A stretch of 64,000 nt of DNA, taken from contig OZ024743.1 in the NCBI GenBank assembly GCA_964016885.1, positions 237,956,001 to 238,020,000 of the forward strand. Direction: 5' to 3'. The notes beneath the pieces are model-generated. The model was not told the DNA's origin and did no database searches. It saw only the letters and a program-made list of their open reading frames with translations. Origin of the DNA: Eledone cirrhosa. Its lineage: Eukaryota. Position numbers and translations under genes: made by a program. Positions 23,101 through 38,100 of the stretch are shown one piece after another; the first letter of the stretch is position 1, and every line of letters starts with the position of its first letter.

Positions 23101-26100
23101 TATTAAACGGACCACCCCCAAATAAGAAACGGATCCCGAATAAAAAACGGATCCCCCCAAATAAAAAACGGACCGCCTAATAAAAAACCGGGCCCCCGCC
23201 AATAAAAAACGGACCCCCCAAACAAAAAATTCACCCCCAAAATAAAAAACCGATTCCCCCAAATATTAAAAGGACCCCCCAATAAGTAATGGGTCCTCCA
23301 AATAAAAAACGGACCTCCCCCAAATAAAAAACGGGTCCCCCAATTAAAAATTGACCCTCCCCCCAAAATAACGGAGCCCCCCCACCCCAAATAAAAAATG
23401 GATGTCCCCAAATAAAAAACGGATTCCCCCCAAAACGGACCCCTAAATAAAAATCGGCCCCCCAAATAAAAACGAATCGCCCCAAATAAAAAACGGACAA
23501 CCAGATAAAAAAAACGATCCCTCAAATAAAAAACGAACCTCCAAATAAAAAAACGGACACCCCCAATAAAAAACGGACCCCCAAATAAAAAACTGACCCC
23601 CCAAATAAAAAATGTCCCCCAAAAATAGAAAAACGAATCCGCCCAAATATTAAACGGACCCCCCCCCCAATAATAAATGGATCCTCCAAATAAAAAATGG
23701 ATCCCCCCAAATAAAAAACGGATTCCGCCCAAATAAAAAACCGACCTCCAAATAAAAAAACGGAGCCCCACACCCAAAATAAATAACGGATTCGCAAATA
23801 AAAAATGGATCCCCCGAAATAAAAAACGGATCCCCCCCAAATAAAAAACGTACCACCCCCCAGATTAAAATGGGCCCCCCAATTATAAATGGACCCCCCA
23901 CCCTCCCAAAAAACGGACCCAAATAAAAAACAGATCGCCCCCAAATAAAAAACGGATCCCCCAAATAAAAAACGGACCTCCAAATAAAAAACGGAAACCC
24001 CCATTAGAAACGGACCCCCAAATAAAAAACAGACCCCAAATAAAAAACTGACCCCCAAATAAAAAATGAGCCCCAAAATAAAAAACGGATCCCCCCAATA
24101 TTAAACGGACCACCCCCAAATAAGAAATCGATCCACCAAATAAAAAAACGGATCCCTCCAAATAAAAGATGGATCCCACAATATAAAAAAAAGATCTCAC
24201 CAATAAAAAAACGGAACCCGAATAAAAAACGGCTCGCTGCCAATAAAAAACGTATACCACCAATAAAATACGGATCCACCCAAATAAAAACGGTCCTCCC
24301 CCCCAAATATAAAACAGGCCCCCCAAATAAAAATGGACACCCCCAAAACATAAATAAAAAACGGACCCCCACTCCAAATAAAAAAGTAGATCCCACAACA
24401 TAAAAAATGCATCCCACCAAAAAACGGACCTCCAAATAAAAACCGGACCCCGCCAAATAAAAAACGGCCCCCCAAATAAAAGAAGGACCCCAAATAAGAA
24501 ATGAATCTTCCAAATAAAAAAGGATTCCCCCAAATAAAAAATGGATCACCCCAAATAAAAAACGGATCCCGCCCAAATAAAAACGGACCTCCAAATAAAA
24601 AACGTACCCCCTACCCAATAAAAAATGGATCCCCGCAAATAAAAAATGGATCCCACCAAATAAAAAACAGACCCCACCAAACAAATAAATGGATCCCACC
24701 AAATAAAAAGCGGAACCCCCCCCAATAAAAAACGGACCCACAAATAAAAAACTGACCCCCAAATAACAAATGACCCCCAAAAATAAAAAAACCGATCCCC
24801 CAAATATTAAACGGACCACCCCCAAATAAGAAACGGATCCCCCCAAATAAAAAACGGATTCCGCCCAAATAAAAAACCGACCTCCAAATAAAAAAACGGA
24901 GCCCCACACCCAAAATAAATAACGGATTCGCAAATAAAAAATGGATCCCCCGAAATAAAAAACGGATCCCCCCCAAATAAAAAACGTACCACCCCCCAGA
25001 TTAAAATGGGCCCCCCAATTATAAATGGACCCCCCACCCTCCCAAAAAACGGACCCAAATAAAAAACAGATCGCCCCCAAATAAAAAACGGATCCCCCAA
25101 ATAAAAAACGGACCTCCAAATAAAAAACGGAAACCCCCATTAGAAACGGACCCCCAAATAAAAAACAGACCCCAAATAAAAAACTGACCTCCAAATAAAA
25201 AATGAGCCCCAAAATAAAAAACGGATCCCCCCAATATTAAACGGACCACCCCCAAATAAGAAATCGATCCACCAAATAAAAAACGGATCCCTCCAAATAA
25301 AAGATGGATCCTACAATATAAAAAAAAGATCTCACCAATAAAAAAACGGAACCCGAATAAAAAACGGCTCGCTGCCAATAAAAAACGTATACCACCAATA
25401 AAATACGGATCCACCCAAATAAAAACGGTCCTCCCCCCCAAATATAAAACAGGCCCCCCAAATAAAAATGGACACCCCCAAAACATAAATAAAAAACGGA
25501 CCCCCACTCCAAATAAAAAAGTAGATCCCACAACATAAAAAATGCATCCCACCAAAAAACGGACCTCCAAATAAAAACCGGACCCCGCCAAATAAAAAAC
25601 GGCCCCCCAAATAAAAGAAGGACCCCAAATAAGAAATGAATCTTCCAAATAAAAAAAGGATTCCCCCAAATAAAAAATGGATCACCCCAAATAAAAAACG
25701 GATCCCGCCCAAATAAAAACGGACCTCCAAATAAAAAACGGACCTCCAAATAAAAAACGAACTCCACCCCAATAAAAAACGGACCCCATATAAAAAATGG
25801 AAATCCAGATAAAAAAACGGATCCCCCAATAAAAATCGGATCGCCCCCTCCCAATAAAAAACTGACCCCTAATTAAATAACGGATCCCCCCAAATAAAAA
25901 AAAACGACGCCCCCCCAAATAAGAAATGGATCCCCCAAATAAAAAACGGACCTCCAAATAAAAAACGGATCCCTCCAAATAAGAAACCGACCTCACCCAA
26001 ATAAAAAACGGGCCCCCCAATTAAAAGTCCCCCCCCCCCCACAAAAATGGACCCCAAATAAAAAACGGATCGCCCCCTAATAAAAAACGGATACCGAAAT

Positions 26101-29100
26101 AAAAAACGGACCCCCCCCCAAATAAAAAATGACCCTCAAAAATAAAAAACGGATCCCCCCCAAATAAAAACGGAATAAACGCCCGAATAAAAAAAGGACC
26201 TGCAAATAAAAAACGGAGCCCCCCCACCCCACATAAAAAATGGATATCTCCAAATAAAAAATGGATGCCCCAAAATAAAAAACGGATTCCGCCAAATAAA
26301 AAACGGACCGCTAAATGAATAACGGATGCCCAAATAAAAAATGGATACCCCGAAATAAAAAACAGAGCCACGCAATAAAAAACGGCTACCCCCCGAATAA
26401 AAAACGGACCTCCCCCCCAGATAAAAAACTGGCCCCACAATTATAAATGGCTCCCGCCAAAAAAACCGACCCCAAACAAAAAATGGATCGCCCCCAAATA
26501 AAAAACGGATCCCCCCCCCCAAAATGGACCTCCAAATAAAAAACGGAACCCCCAATAAAAAACGGACCCCCAAATAAAAAACGGGCCCCCAAATAAAAAA
26601 TTGACCCCCAAATAAAAAATGAACCCCCAAAATAGAAAAACGAATCCCCCGAAATATTAAACGGAGCCCCCCCCCCCAAATAAGAAGTGGATCCTCCAAA
26701 TAAAAAATGGATCTCCCCCAAATAAAAAAACGGATCCCACCCAAATAAAAAACGGAGGCACCCACCCAAATAAAAAACGGAGCCCCCCAATAAAAAATGG
26801 ACCCCCGAATAAAAAACGGCTCCCCCCCAAAATATAAAAAACAGTTCGCCCCACATAAAAAATGTATCCCACCCCACATAAAAAATGGATCCCACCAAAA
26901 AACGGTCCTCCAAATAAAAACCGGACCCCGCCAAATAAAAAACGGCCCCCCAAATAAAAGAAGGACCCCAAATAAGAAATGAATCTTCCAAATAAAAAAA
27001 GGATTCCCCCAAATAAAAAATGGATCACCCCAAATAAAAAACGGATCCCGCCCAAATAAAAACGGACCTCCAAATAAAAAACGGACCCCCTACCCAATAA
27101 AAAATGGATCCCCGCAAATAAAAGATGGATCCCACCAAATAAAAAACAGACCCCACCAAACAAATAAATGGATCCCACCAAATAAAAAGCGGAACCCCCC
27201 CAATAAAAAACGGACCCACAAATAAAAAACTGACCCCCAAATAACAAATGACCCCCAAAAATAAAAAAACCGATCCCCCAAATATTAAACGGACCACCCC
27301 CAAATAAGAAACGGATCCCGAATAAAAAACGGATCCCCCCAAATAAAAAACGGACCGCCTAATAAAAAACCGGGCCCCCGCCAATAAAAAACGGACCCCC
27401 CAAACAAAAAATTCACCCCCAAAATAAAAAACCGATTCCCCCAAATATTAAAAGGACCCCCCAATAAGTAATGGGTCCTCCAAATAAAAAACGGACCTCC
27501 CCCAAATAAAAAACGGGTCCCCCAATTAAAAATTGACCCTCCCCCCAAAATAACGGAGCCCCCCCACCCCAAATAAAAAATGGATGTCCCCAAATAAAAA
27601 ACGGATTCCCCCCAAAACGGACCCCTAAATAAAAATCGGCCCCCCAAATAAAAACGAATCGCCCCAAATAAAAAACGGACAACCAGATAAAAAAAACGAT
27701 CCCTCAAATAAAAAACGAACCTCCAAATAAAAAAACGGACACCCCCAATAAAAAACGGACCCCCAAATAAAAAACTGACCCCCCAAATAAAAAATGTCCC
27801 CCAAAAATAGAAAAACGAATCCGCCCAAATATTAAACGGACCCCCCCCCCAATAATAAATGGATCCTCCAAATAAAAAATGGATCCCCCCAAATAAAAAA
27901 CGGATTCCGCCCAAATAAAAAACCGACCTCCAAATAAAAAAACGGAGCCCCACACCCAAAATAAATAACGGATTCGCAAATAAAAAATGGATCCCCCGAA
28001 ATAAAAAACGGATCCCCCCCAAATAAAAAACGTACCACCCCCCAGATTAAAATGGGCCCCCCAATTATAAATGGACCCCCCACCCTCCCAAAAAACGGAC
28101 CCAAATAAAAAACAGATCGCCCCCAAATAAAAAACGGATCCCCCAAATAAAAAACGGACCTCCAAATAAAAAACGGAAACCCCCATTAGAAACGGACCCC
28201 CAAATAAAAAACAGACCCCAAATAAAAAACTGACCCCCAAATAAAAAATGAGCCCCAAAATAAAAAACGGATCCCCCCAATATTAAACGGACCACCCCCA
28301 AATAAGAAATCGATCCACCAAATAAAAAAACGGATCCCTCCAAATAAAAGATGGATCCCACAATATAAAAAAAAGATCTCACCAATAAAAAAACGGAACC
28401 CGAATAAAAAACGGCTCGCTGCCAATAAAAAACGTATACCACCAATAAAATACGGATCCACCCAAATAAAAACGGTCCTCCCCCCCAAATATAAAACAGG
28501 CCCCCCAAATAAAAATGGACACCCCCAAAACATAAATAAAAAACGGACCCCCACTCCAAATAAAAAAGTAGATCCCACAACATAAAAAATGCATCCCACC
28601 AAAAAACGGACCTCCAAATAAAAACCGGACCCCGCCAAATAAAAAACGGCCCCCCAAATAAAAGAAGGACCCCAAATAAGAAATGAATCTTCCAAATAAA
28701 AAAGGATTCCCCCAAATAAAAAATGGATCACCCCAAATAAAAAACGGATCCCGCCCAAATAAAAACGGACCTCCAAATAAAAAACGTACCCCCTACCCAA
28801 TAAAAAATGGATCCCCGCAAATAAAAAATGGATCCCACCAAATAAAAAACAGACCCCACCAAACAAATAAATGGATCCCACCAAATAAAAAGCGGAACCC
28901 CCCCCAATAAAAAACGGACCCACAAATAAAAAACTGACCCCCAAATAACAAATGACCCCCAAAAATAAAAAAACCGATCCCCCAAATATTAAACGGACCA
29001 CCCCCAAATAAGAAACGGATCCCCCCAAATAAAAAACGGATTCCGCCCAAATAAAAAACCGACCTCCAAATAAAAAAACGGAGCCCCACACCCAAAATAA

Positions 29101-32100
29101 ATAACGGATTCGCAAATAAAAAATGGATCCCCCGAAATAAAAAACGGATCCCCCCCAAATAAAAAACGTACCACCCCCCAGATTAAAATGGGCCCCCCAA
29201 TTATAAATGGACCCCCCACCCTCCCAAAAAACGGACCCAAATAAAAAACAGATCGCCCCCAAATAAAAAACGGATCCCCCAAATAAAAAACGGACCTCCA
29301 AATAAAAAACGGAAACCCCCATTAGAAACGGACCCCCAAATAAAAAACAGACCCCAAATAAAAAACTGACCTCCAAATAAAAAATGAGCCCCAAAATAAA
29401 AAACGGATCCCCCCAATATTAAACGGACCACCCCCAAATAAGAAATCGATCCACCAAATAAAAAACGGATCCCTCCAAATAAAAGATGGATCCTACAATA
29501 TAAAAAAAAGATCTCACCAATAAAAAAACGGAACCCGAATAAAAAACGGCTCGCTGCCAATAAAAAACGTATACCACCAATAAAATACGGATCCACCCAA
29601 ATAAAAACGGTCCTCCCCCCCAAATATAAAACAGGCCCCCCAAATAAAAATGGACACCCCCAAAACATAAATAAAAAACGGACCCCCACTCCAAATAAAA
29701 AAGTAGATCCCACAACATAAAAAATGCATCCCACCAAAAAACGGACCTCCAAATAAAAACCGGACCCCGCCAAATAAAAAACGGCCCCCCAAATAAAAGA
29801 AGGACCCCAAATAAGAAATGAATCTTCCAAATAAAAAAAGGATTCCCCCAAATAAAAAATGGATCACCCCAAATAAAAAACGGATCCCGCCCAAATAAAA
29901 ACGGACCTCCAAATAAAAAACGTACCCCCTACCCAATAAAAAATGGATCCCCGCAAATAAAAAATGGATCCCACCAAATAAAAAACAGACCCCACCAAAC
30001 AAATAAATGGATCCCACCAAATAAAAAGCGGAACCCCCCCCAATAAAAAACGGACCCACAAATAAAAAACTGACCCCCAAATAACAAATGACCCACAAAA
30101 ATAAAAAAACCGATCCCCCAAATATTAAACGGACCACCCCCAAATAAGAAACGGATCCCGAATAAAAAACGGATCCCCCCAAATAAAAAACGGACCGCCT
30201 AATAAAAAACGGGCCCCCGCCAATAAAAAACGGACCCCCTAAATAAAAAATTGACCCCCAAAATAAAAAACCGATTCCCCCAAATATTAAAAGGACCCCC
30301 CAATAAGTAATGGGTCCTCCAAATAAAAAACGGACCTCCCCCAAATAAAAAACGGGTCCCCCAATTAAAAATTGACCCTCCCCCCAAAATAACGGAGCCC
30401 CCCCCACCCCAAATAAAAAATGGATGTCCCCAAATAAAAAACGGATTCCCCCCAAAACGGACCCCTAAATAAAAATCGGACCCCAAATAAAAACGAATCG
30501 CCCCAAATAAAAAACGGACAACCAGATAAAAAAAACGATCCCTCAAATAAAAAACGAACCTCCAAATAAAAAAACGGACACCCCCAATAAAAAACGGACC
30601 CCCAAATAAAAGACTGACCCCCCAAATAAAAAATGTCCCCCAAAAATAGAAAAACGAATCCGCCCAAATATTAAACGGACCCCCCCCCAAATAATAAATG
30701 GATCCTCCAAATAAAAAATGGATCCCCCCAAATAAAAAACGGATTCCGCCCAAATAAAAAACCGACCTCCAAATAAAAAAACGGAGCCCCACACCCAAAA
30801 TAAATAACGGATTCGCAAATAAAAAATGGATCCCCCGAAATAAAAAACGGATCCCCCCCAAATAAAAAACGTACCACCCCCCAGATTAAAATGGGCCCCC
30901 CAATTATAAATGGACCCCCCACCCCCCAAAAAAACGGACCCAAATAAAAAACAGATCGCCCCCAAATAAAAAAACGGATCCCCCAAATAAAAAACGGACC
31001 TCCAAATAAAAAACGGACACCCCCATTAGAAACGGACCCCCAAATAAAAAACGGACCCCAAATAAAAAACTGACCCCCAAATAAAAAATGAGCCCCAAAA
31101 TAAAAAACGGATCCCCCCAATATTAAACGGACCACCCCCAAATAAGAAATCGATCCACCAAATAAAAAACGGATCCCTCCAAATAAAAGATGGATCCCAC
31201 AATATAAAAAAAAGATCTCACCAATAAAAAAACGGAACCCGAATAAAAAACGGCTCGCTGCCAATAAAAAACGTATACCACCAATAAAATACGGATCCAC
31301 CCAAATAAAAACGGTCCTCCCCCCAAATATAAAACAGGCCCCCCAAATAAAAATGGACACCCCCAAAACATAAATAAAAAACGGACCCCCACTCCAAATA
31401 AAAAAGTGGATCCCACAACATAAAAAATGCATCCCACCAAAAAACGGACCTCCAAATAAAAACCGGACCCCGCCAAATAAAAAACGGCCCCCCAAATAAA
31501 AAAAGGAGCCCCAAATATTAAACGACCCCCAAATAAGAAATGAATCTTACAAATAAAAAATGGATTCCCCCAAATAAAAAACGGATGCCGCCCAAATAAA
31601 AAACGGACCTCCAAATAAAAAACGGACCTCACCAATAAAAAAAGGACCCCCTTATAAAAAACGGATCGCCCCCGAATAAAAAAACCGGATACCCAGATAA
31701 AAAAAACGGATACCCCAAATAAAAAACGGATCTCCAAATAAAAAACGCCCCCCCCCCCAATAAAAACGGACCCACATGTAAAAAAAACGAACCCCAAATA
31801 AAAACTGACACCCAAATAAAAAATGACCCCCCAAAATAAAAAAGGATCCCCCAAATATTAAACGGACCACCCCCAAATGAGAAATGGATTCCCATAATAG
31901 AAAACGGATACCCCCAAATAAAAAAAGGACCCTCCCCCAATAAAAAATGGATCCCCCCAAATAAAGAATGGATCCTACCAAATAAAAAACGGACATCACC
32001 AATAAAAAACGGATCCCGAATCAAAAACGGACCCCCCAATAAAAAACGTATCCCCCCCAATAAAAAACGGATACCCCCAAATAAAAACAGACCTCCCCCC

Positions 32101-35100
32101 AAATATAAAACAGGCACCCCAATTAAAAATTTACCGCCCCAAAAAATAAATAAATAACGGACCCCAAATAAAAAATGGATCACCCCAAATAAAAAACGGA
32201 CCGCCTAATAAAAAACGGACCTCCGCCAGTAAAAAACTGAACCCCCCAAATGAAAAATTGACCTCCAAAAATAAAAAAATTGATTCCCCCAAATATTAAA
32301 CGGACCCCTCCCCCAATGAGTAATGGATCCTCCAAATAAAAAAGGGATAGCTCCAAATAAAAAAAACGGACCTCCATCAAATAAAAAACGTCCCCCCCCA
32401 ATTAAAAATTGACGCCCCTCCAAAAAACGGACCCTCAAATAAAAAACGGAGCCCACCACGACAAATAAAATATGGATCTCCCCAAATAAAAAAACAGATC
32501 CCCCCAAAACTGACCCCTAAATAAAAAACGGACCCCCAAATAAAAACGGATCGCCCCCAAATAAAACGGATCGCCCCCAAATAAAAAAATGGATCCCCAG
32601 ATAAAAAAAACCGATTCCTCAAATAAAAAACGGACCTCCAAATAAAAAACGGACCCCCCAATAAAAAACGGACCCTCAAATAAAAAACTGACCCCCAAAT
32701 AAAAAATGTCCCCCAAAAATAGAAAAACGAATCCTCCCAAATATTAAACGGCCCCTCCCCCCAAATAAGAAATGGATCCTCCAAATAAAAAATGGATCCC
32801 CCAAATAAAAAACGGATCCCGCCTAAATAAAAAACAGACCTCCAAATAAAAAACGGATCCCCCACCCTAAATAAAAAATGGATCTCCCCAAATAAATAAC
32901 GGATTCCCAAATAAAAAATGGATCCCCCGAAATAAAAGAACAGAGACCCTCAATAAAAACGGACCCCGAATAAAAAACGGCTCCTCCCAAATAAAAAACG
33001 GACCTCCCCCCAAATACCACCCTCCCCCCAAAACGGACCCCAAATAAAAAACGGATCGCCCCCAAATAAAAAACGAACCTCCAATTAAAAAACGGACCGC
33101 AAATAAAAAATGCCCCCCCCCCCCAAAAAAAACGGATCCTCCCAAATATTGAACGGACCACCCCCAAATAAGAAATGGATCCACAAAATAAAAAACAGAT
33201 CCTCCAAATAAAAACGGATCCCAGAATAAAAAATGGATCCCTCCAAATAAAAAATGGATCCCACCAAATAAAAAACGGACCTCACCTATAAAAAACGGAT
33301 CCCGACAAAAAACGGATCCCCCAAATAAAAAACGGATCCCCCCAAACAAAAACGGACCTCCCCCTCAAATATAAAACAGGCACCCCAATTAAAAATTTAG
33401 CCCCCCAAAAAATAAATAAATAACGATCCCCAAATAAAAAATGGATCGCACCCAAATAAAAAACCGATCCCCCAAATAAAATATTGACCCCCCCCCCAAA
33501 TAAAAAACCGATTCCCCCAAATATTAAACGGACCCTCCAATAAGTAATGGATCCCTTAAATAAAAAACGGATAACCCCAAATAAAAAAACGGACCTCCCC
33601 CAAATAAAAAAGGGCCCACCACTAAAAATTGACCACCAAATAAAAAACGGACCCGCCAAATAAAAAACGGGCCTCCAAATAAAAAACGGATCGCCCCAAA
33701 ATAAAATACGGACCTCCAAATAAAAAACGGACCCCAAATAAAGAACTGACACCCAAATAAAAAATGACGTCCAAAAATAAAAAACGGATCCCCCCAAATA
33801 AGAAATGGATCCATCAAATAAAAAACGGATCCCCCAAATCCAAAACGGACCCCCCCCCCAATAAAAAATGGATCCCACCAAATAAAAAATGGACTCCTCC
33901 AAATAAAAAACGGGCCCACCAATAAAAAACTGATCCCGAATTAAAACGGTTCCCCCAAATAAAAAACGGACCCCAAACTAAAAAAAACGTATTCCCCCCA
34001 ATAAAAAACGGATCCCTCCAAATAAAAACGGACCTCCCCCCAAATATAAAACGGGCACCCCAATTAAAATATGCCCCCCCCCCAAAAAAAAGCGGACCTC
34101 AAATAAAAGACGGTTCGCCCCCAAATAAAAAAACAGACCACCGAAATAAAAAACGGGCCTCTAAATAAAAAACGGAGCCCCCCAAATAAGAAATGGATCC
34201 TCCAAATAAAAAATGGATCCACCCAAATAAAAAACGGATCCCGCCCAAATAAAAAACGGACCTCCGAATAAAAAAAGGACCCCTACTCCAAATACAAAAT
34301 GGATACCCCACATGAAAAATTGATCCCACCAAAAAACGGACCTCCACATAAAAAGTGGGCACCCCCCAAATAAAAAACAGCCCCCTTCAAATATTAAATG
34401 CCCCCGCCCCCCAATAAGAAATGGATCCACCAAATAAAAAATGGAACCCCCTATATAAAAAATGTATCCCACCAGAAAACGGACCTCCAAATAAAAAACG
34501 GACAGCACACCCAATAAAAAATCGATCCCCCAAATAAAAAATGGATCCCACCATATGAAAAACAGACCTCACCAATAAAAAAAACCGTAACCCGAATAAA
34601 AAACGGATCACCCCCAAATAAAAAACGGACCCCCAGATAAAAAAACCGATCCCCCAATAAAAAACGGACCCCAAATAAAAATCGGACCCCCAAATAAAAA
34701 AACTGACCCCCAAAAATAAAAAACTGATTCCCTCAAATATTAAACGGACCACCCTCAAATAAGAAATGTATCGCCCAAATAAAAATCGGATCACCCCAAA
34801 TAAAAAAACGGACTCCCGCCCCCCAATAAAAAATGGATTCCCCCAAATAAAAAATGGATCCCACCAAATAAAAAACGGACCTCACCAATAAAAAACGGAT
34901 TCCGAATAAAAAACGGATCCTCCCAAATAAAAAAGCAGCCCCAAATAAAAAAACGTATATCCCCAATAAAAAAGGATCCCCCCAAATAAAAACGGACCTC
35001 CCCCCTAATTAAAAATGGACCCCCGCAAATATAAATAAAAAGCAGATCCCTCAATACAAAACGGACCCCCCAAATATAAAACGGACACACCCCCAATAAA

Positions 35101-38100
35101 AAACTGCCCCCTAATTAAATAACGGATCCCCCGAAATAAAAAACGGACCCCCAAATATTAAACGGACACACCCAAATAAGAAATGGATCCCCAAAATAAA
35201 AACGGATCTCCCCAAATAAAAAACAGACCCCCCCCCCCAAATAAGAAATGGATCCGCCAAATAAAAAACGGACCTCCAAATAAAAAACGGTTCCCCCCAA
35301 ATAAGAAACGGACCTTCCTCCAAATAAAAACGGGCCCTCGAATTAAAAGTGCACGCCCCCCACAAAAAAAGCGCACCCCAAATAAAAAACGGATCGCCCC
35401 CAAATAACAAACAGGGCCCCAAATAAAAACGGACGCCTCCAAATGAAGAACTGACCCCCAAATAAAAAATGACCCCCCAAAATAAAAAACGGATCCCCCC
35501 AAATATTAAACGGACCACCCCCAAATAAGAAATGGATCCACCAAATAAAAAACGGATCTCTCCAAATTAAAAATGGATACCACCATATAAAAAACAGACC
35601 CCACCAATAAAAAAACGGAACCCGAATAAAAAACGGATCACCCCAAATAAAAAAAGGGCCTCCCAAATAAAAAATTGAGCCCCCAAAATAAAAAACTGAT
35701 TCCCCCAAATAAGAAATGGATCCCCCAAATAATAAACGTATCCTCCCCAAATAAAAAAAGGGACCTTCCCCAAATAAAAAAGGGCCCCCAAATTAAAAGT
35801 GCACCCCCCCACAAAAAAACGGACCCCAAATAAAAAACGAATCCCACCGAAATAAAAAACGGACCTCCAAATAAAGATCGGACCCCCCCCCCACCAAAAA
35901 AAAAAAAAAAAACCGACACCGAAATAAAAAACGGACCTCCCCCAAATAAAAAAGGGCCTCCCAAATAAAAATCCCCCCCCAAAAAACGGACCCCAAAATA
36001 AAAAACGGGCTTCCAAATAAAAAAGGATCGCCCCCAAATAAAAACTGACCTCTAAATAAAAAACGGACCCCCAAATAAAAAACGGACCCCAAATAAAGAA
36101 CTGACCCCAAATAAAAAATGACCACCAAAAATAAAAAACGCATCCCTCCAAATATTAAACGGACCAGCCCCAAACAAGAAATGGATCCACCAAATAAAAA
36201 ACGGATCCTCAAACTAAAAACGGACCCCCCCCATAAAAAATGGATCCCTCCAAATAAAAAATGGATCCCACCAAATAAAAAACGGGCCCACCAATAAAAA
36301 ACGGATCCCGAATAAAAACAGATCCCCCCAAATAAAAAACGGAACCCCAAATAAAAAACGTATTCCCCCCAATAAAACACCGATCGCCCCAAATAAAAAG
36401 ACGGACCTCCCCCAAATAAAAAACGGGCCCCCCAATTAAAAATTGACTCCTCCCAAAAACAAACGGACCCCAAATAAAAGACGGTTCGACCCAAAATAAA
36501 AAACGGACCATCCAAATAAAAAAAGGGCCTCTAAATAAAAAACGGAGCCCCCCACAAATAAGAAATGGATCCTCCAAATAAAAAATGTATCCACACAAAT
36601 AAAAAACGGATCCCCCCAAATAGAAAATGAGCACCAAATAAAAAACGGACATCCCCTCCCAATAAAAAACGGACCCCCAAATAAAAAACTGACCCCAAAA
36701 TTAAAAATGACACCCAAAAATAAAAAAGTGATCCGCCAAATAAAAAACGCCCCACCCTACCCCCGCAATAAAAAACGGACCCTCCCAAATAAAAAATTGA
36801 GCCCCAAAAATAAAAAAACTGATTCCCCCAAATAAGAAATGGATCCCCCAAATAAAAAACGTATCCTCCCCAAATAAAAAAGGGACCTCCCCCAAATAAA
36901 AAATGGGCCCCCAAATTAAAAGTGCATCCCCCCACAAAAAACGGACCCCAAATAAAAAACGAATCCCACCGAAATAAAATACGGATCCCCACCAAAAAAA
37001 CCCAAAAAAAAACCGATACCGAAATAAAAAACGGATCCCCCAAATAAAAAACGGACATCCCTACCCAATAAAAAACGGACCCCAAATAAAAAACTGACCC
37101 CCAAATTAAAAATGACACCCAAAAATAAAAAAACTGATCCCCCAAATAAAAAAGCCCCCCCCCCCAATAAAAAATGGATCCCCCCAAATAAAAAATGGAT
37201 CCCACCAAATAAAAAACGGACCTCACTAATAAAAAACTGAACCCAAATAAAAAACGGATCCCCCCAATAAAAAACGGATCCCCTCAACTAAAAGCGCACC
37301 TCCCCCAAATATAAAACATGACCCCCCAATTAAAAATGACCCCAATTAAAAATGACCCCCCCCCCCAAAAGAAAATAGGGACCCCAAATAAAAAATGGAT
37401 CGCCCCCAAATAAAAAAATGGACCGCCAAATAAAAAACGCCCTCCTAATAAAGAACGGACCCCCCAAATAAAAAACGGATCCCCCCAAATATTAAACGGA
37501 CCACCAAATAAGAAATGGATCCTCCAAATAGAAAATGGATCCACCCAAATATAACAAAAAAAAATCCCGCCCAAATAAAAAAACGGACCTCCAAATAAAA
37601 AACGGACAACCCCTACATAAAAAACGGCCCCCTTCAAATATTAAACGCTCCCCCCCAATAAGAAATGGATGCACCAAATAAAAATGGATCCCCCCAAATA
37701 AAAAATGGATCAGACCATATAAAAAAGACACCTCACCAATAAAAAAACGGAACCCGAATAAAAACGAGCCCCAAATAAAAAATGTATACCCCCAATAAAA
37801 AACGGATCCCCCCAAATAAAAATGGACCTCCCCTCAAATATAAAACAGACCCCTCCCATTAAAAAATGGACCACGCAAGACCTCCCCCATTAAAAATGGA
37901 CCGCCCCCAAAATAAATAAAAAACGGACCCCTAATAAAAAACGGACCCCCCCCAAAATATAAAAAGGACCCCCCCTTAAAAAACTGACCCCCGAAATAAA
38001 AAACGGACCCTCCAAATATTAAACGGTCACACCCAAATAAGAAATGGATCCCCCAAATAAAAAACGGGCCCCCAAATTAAAAGTATATCCCCCCACAAAA

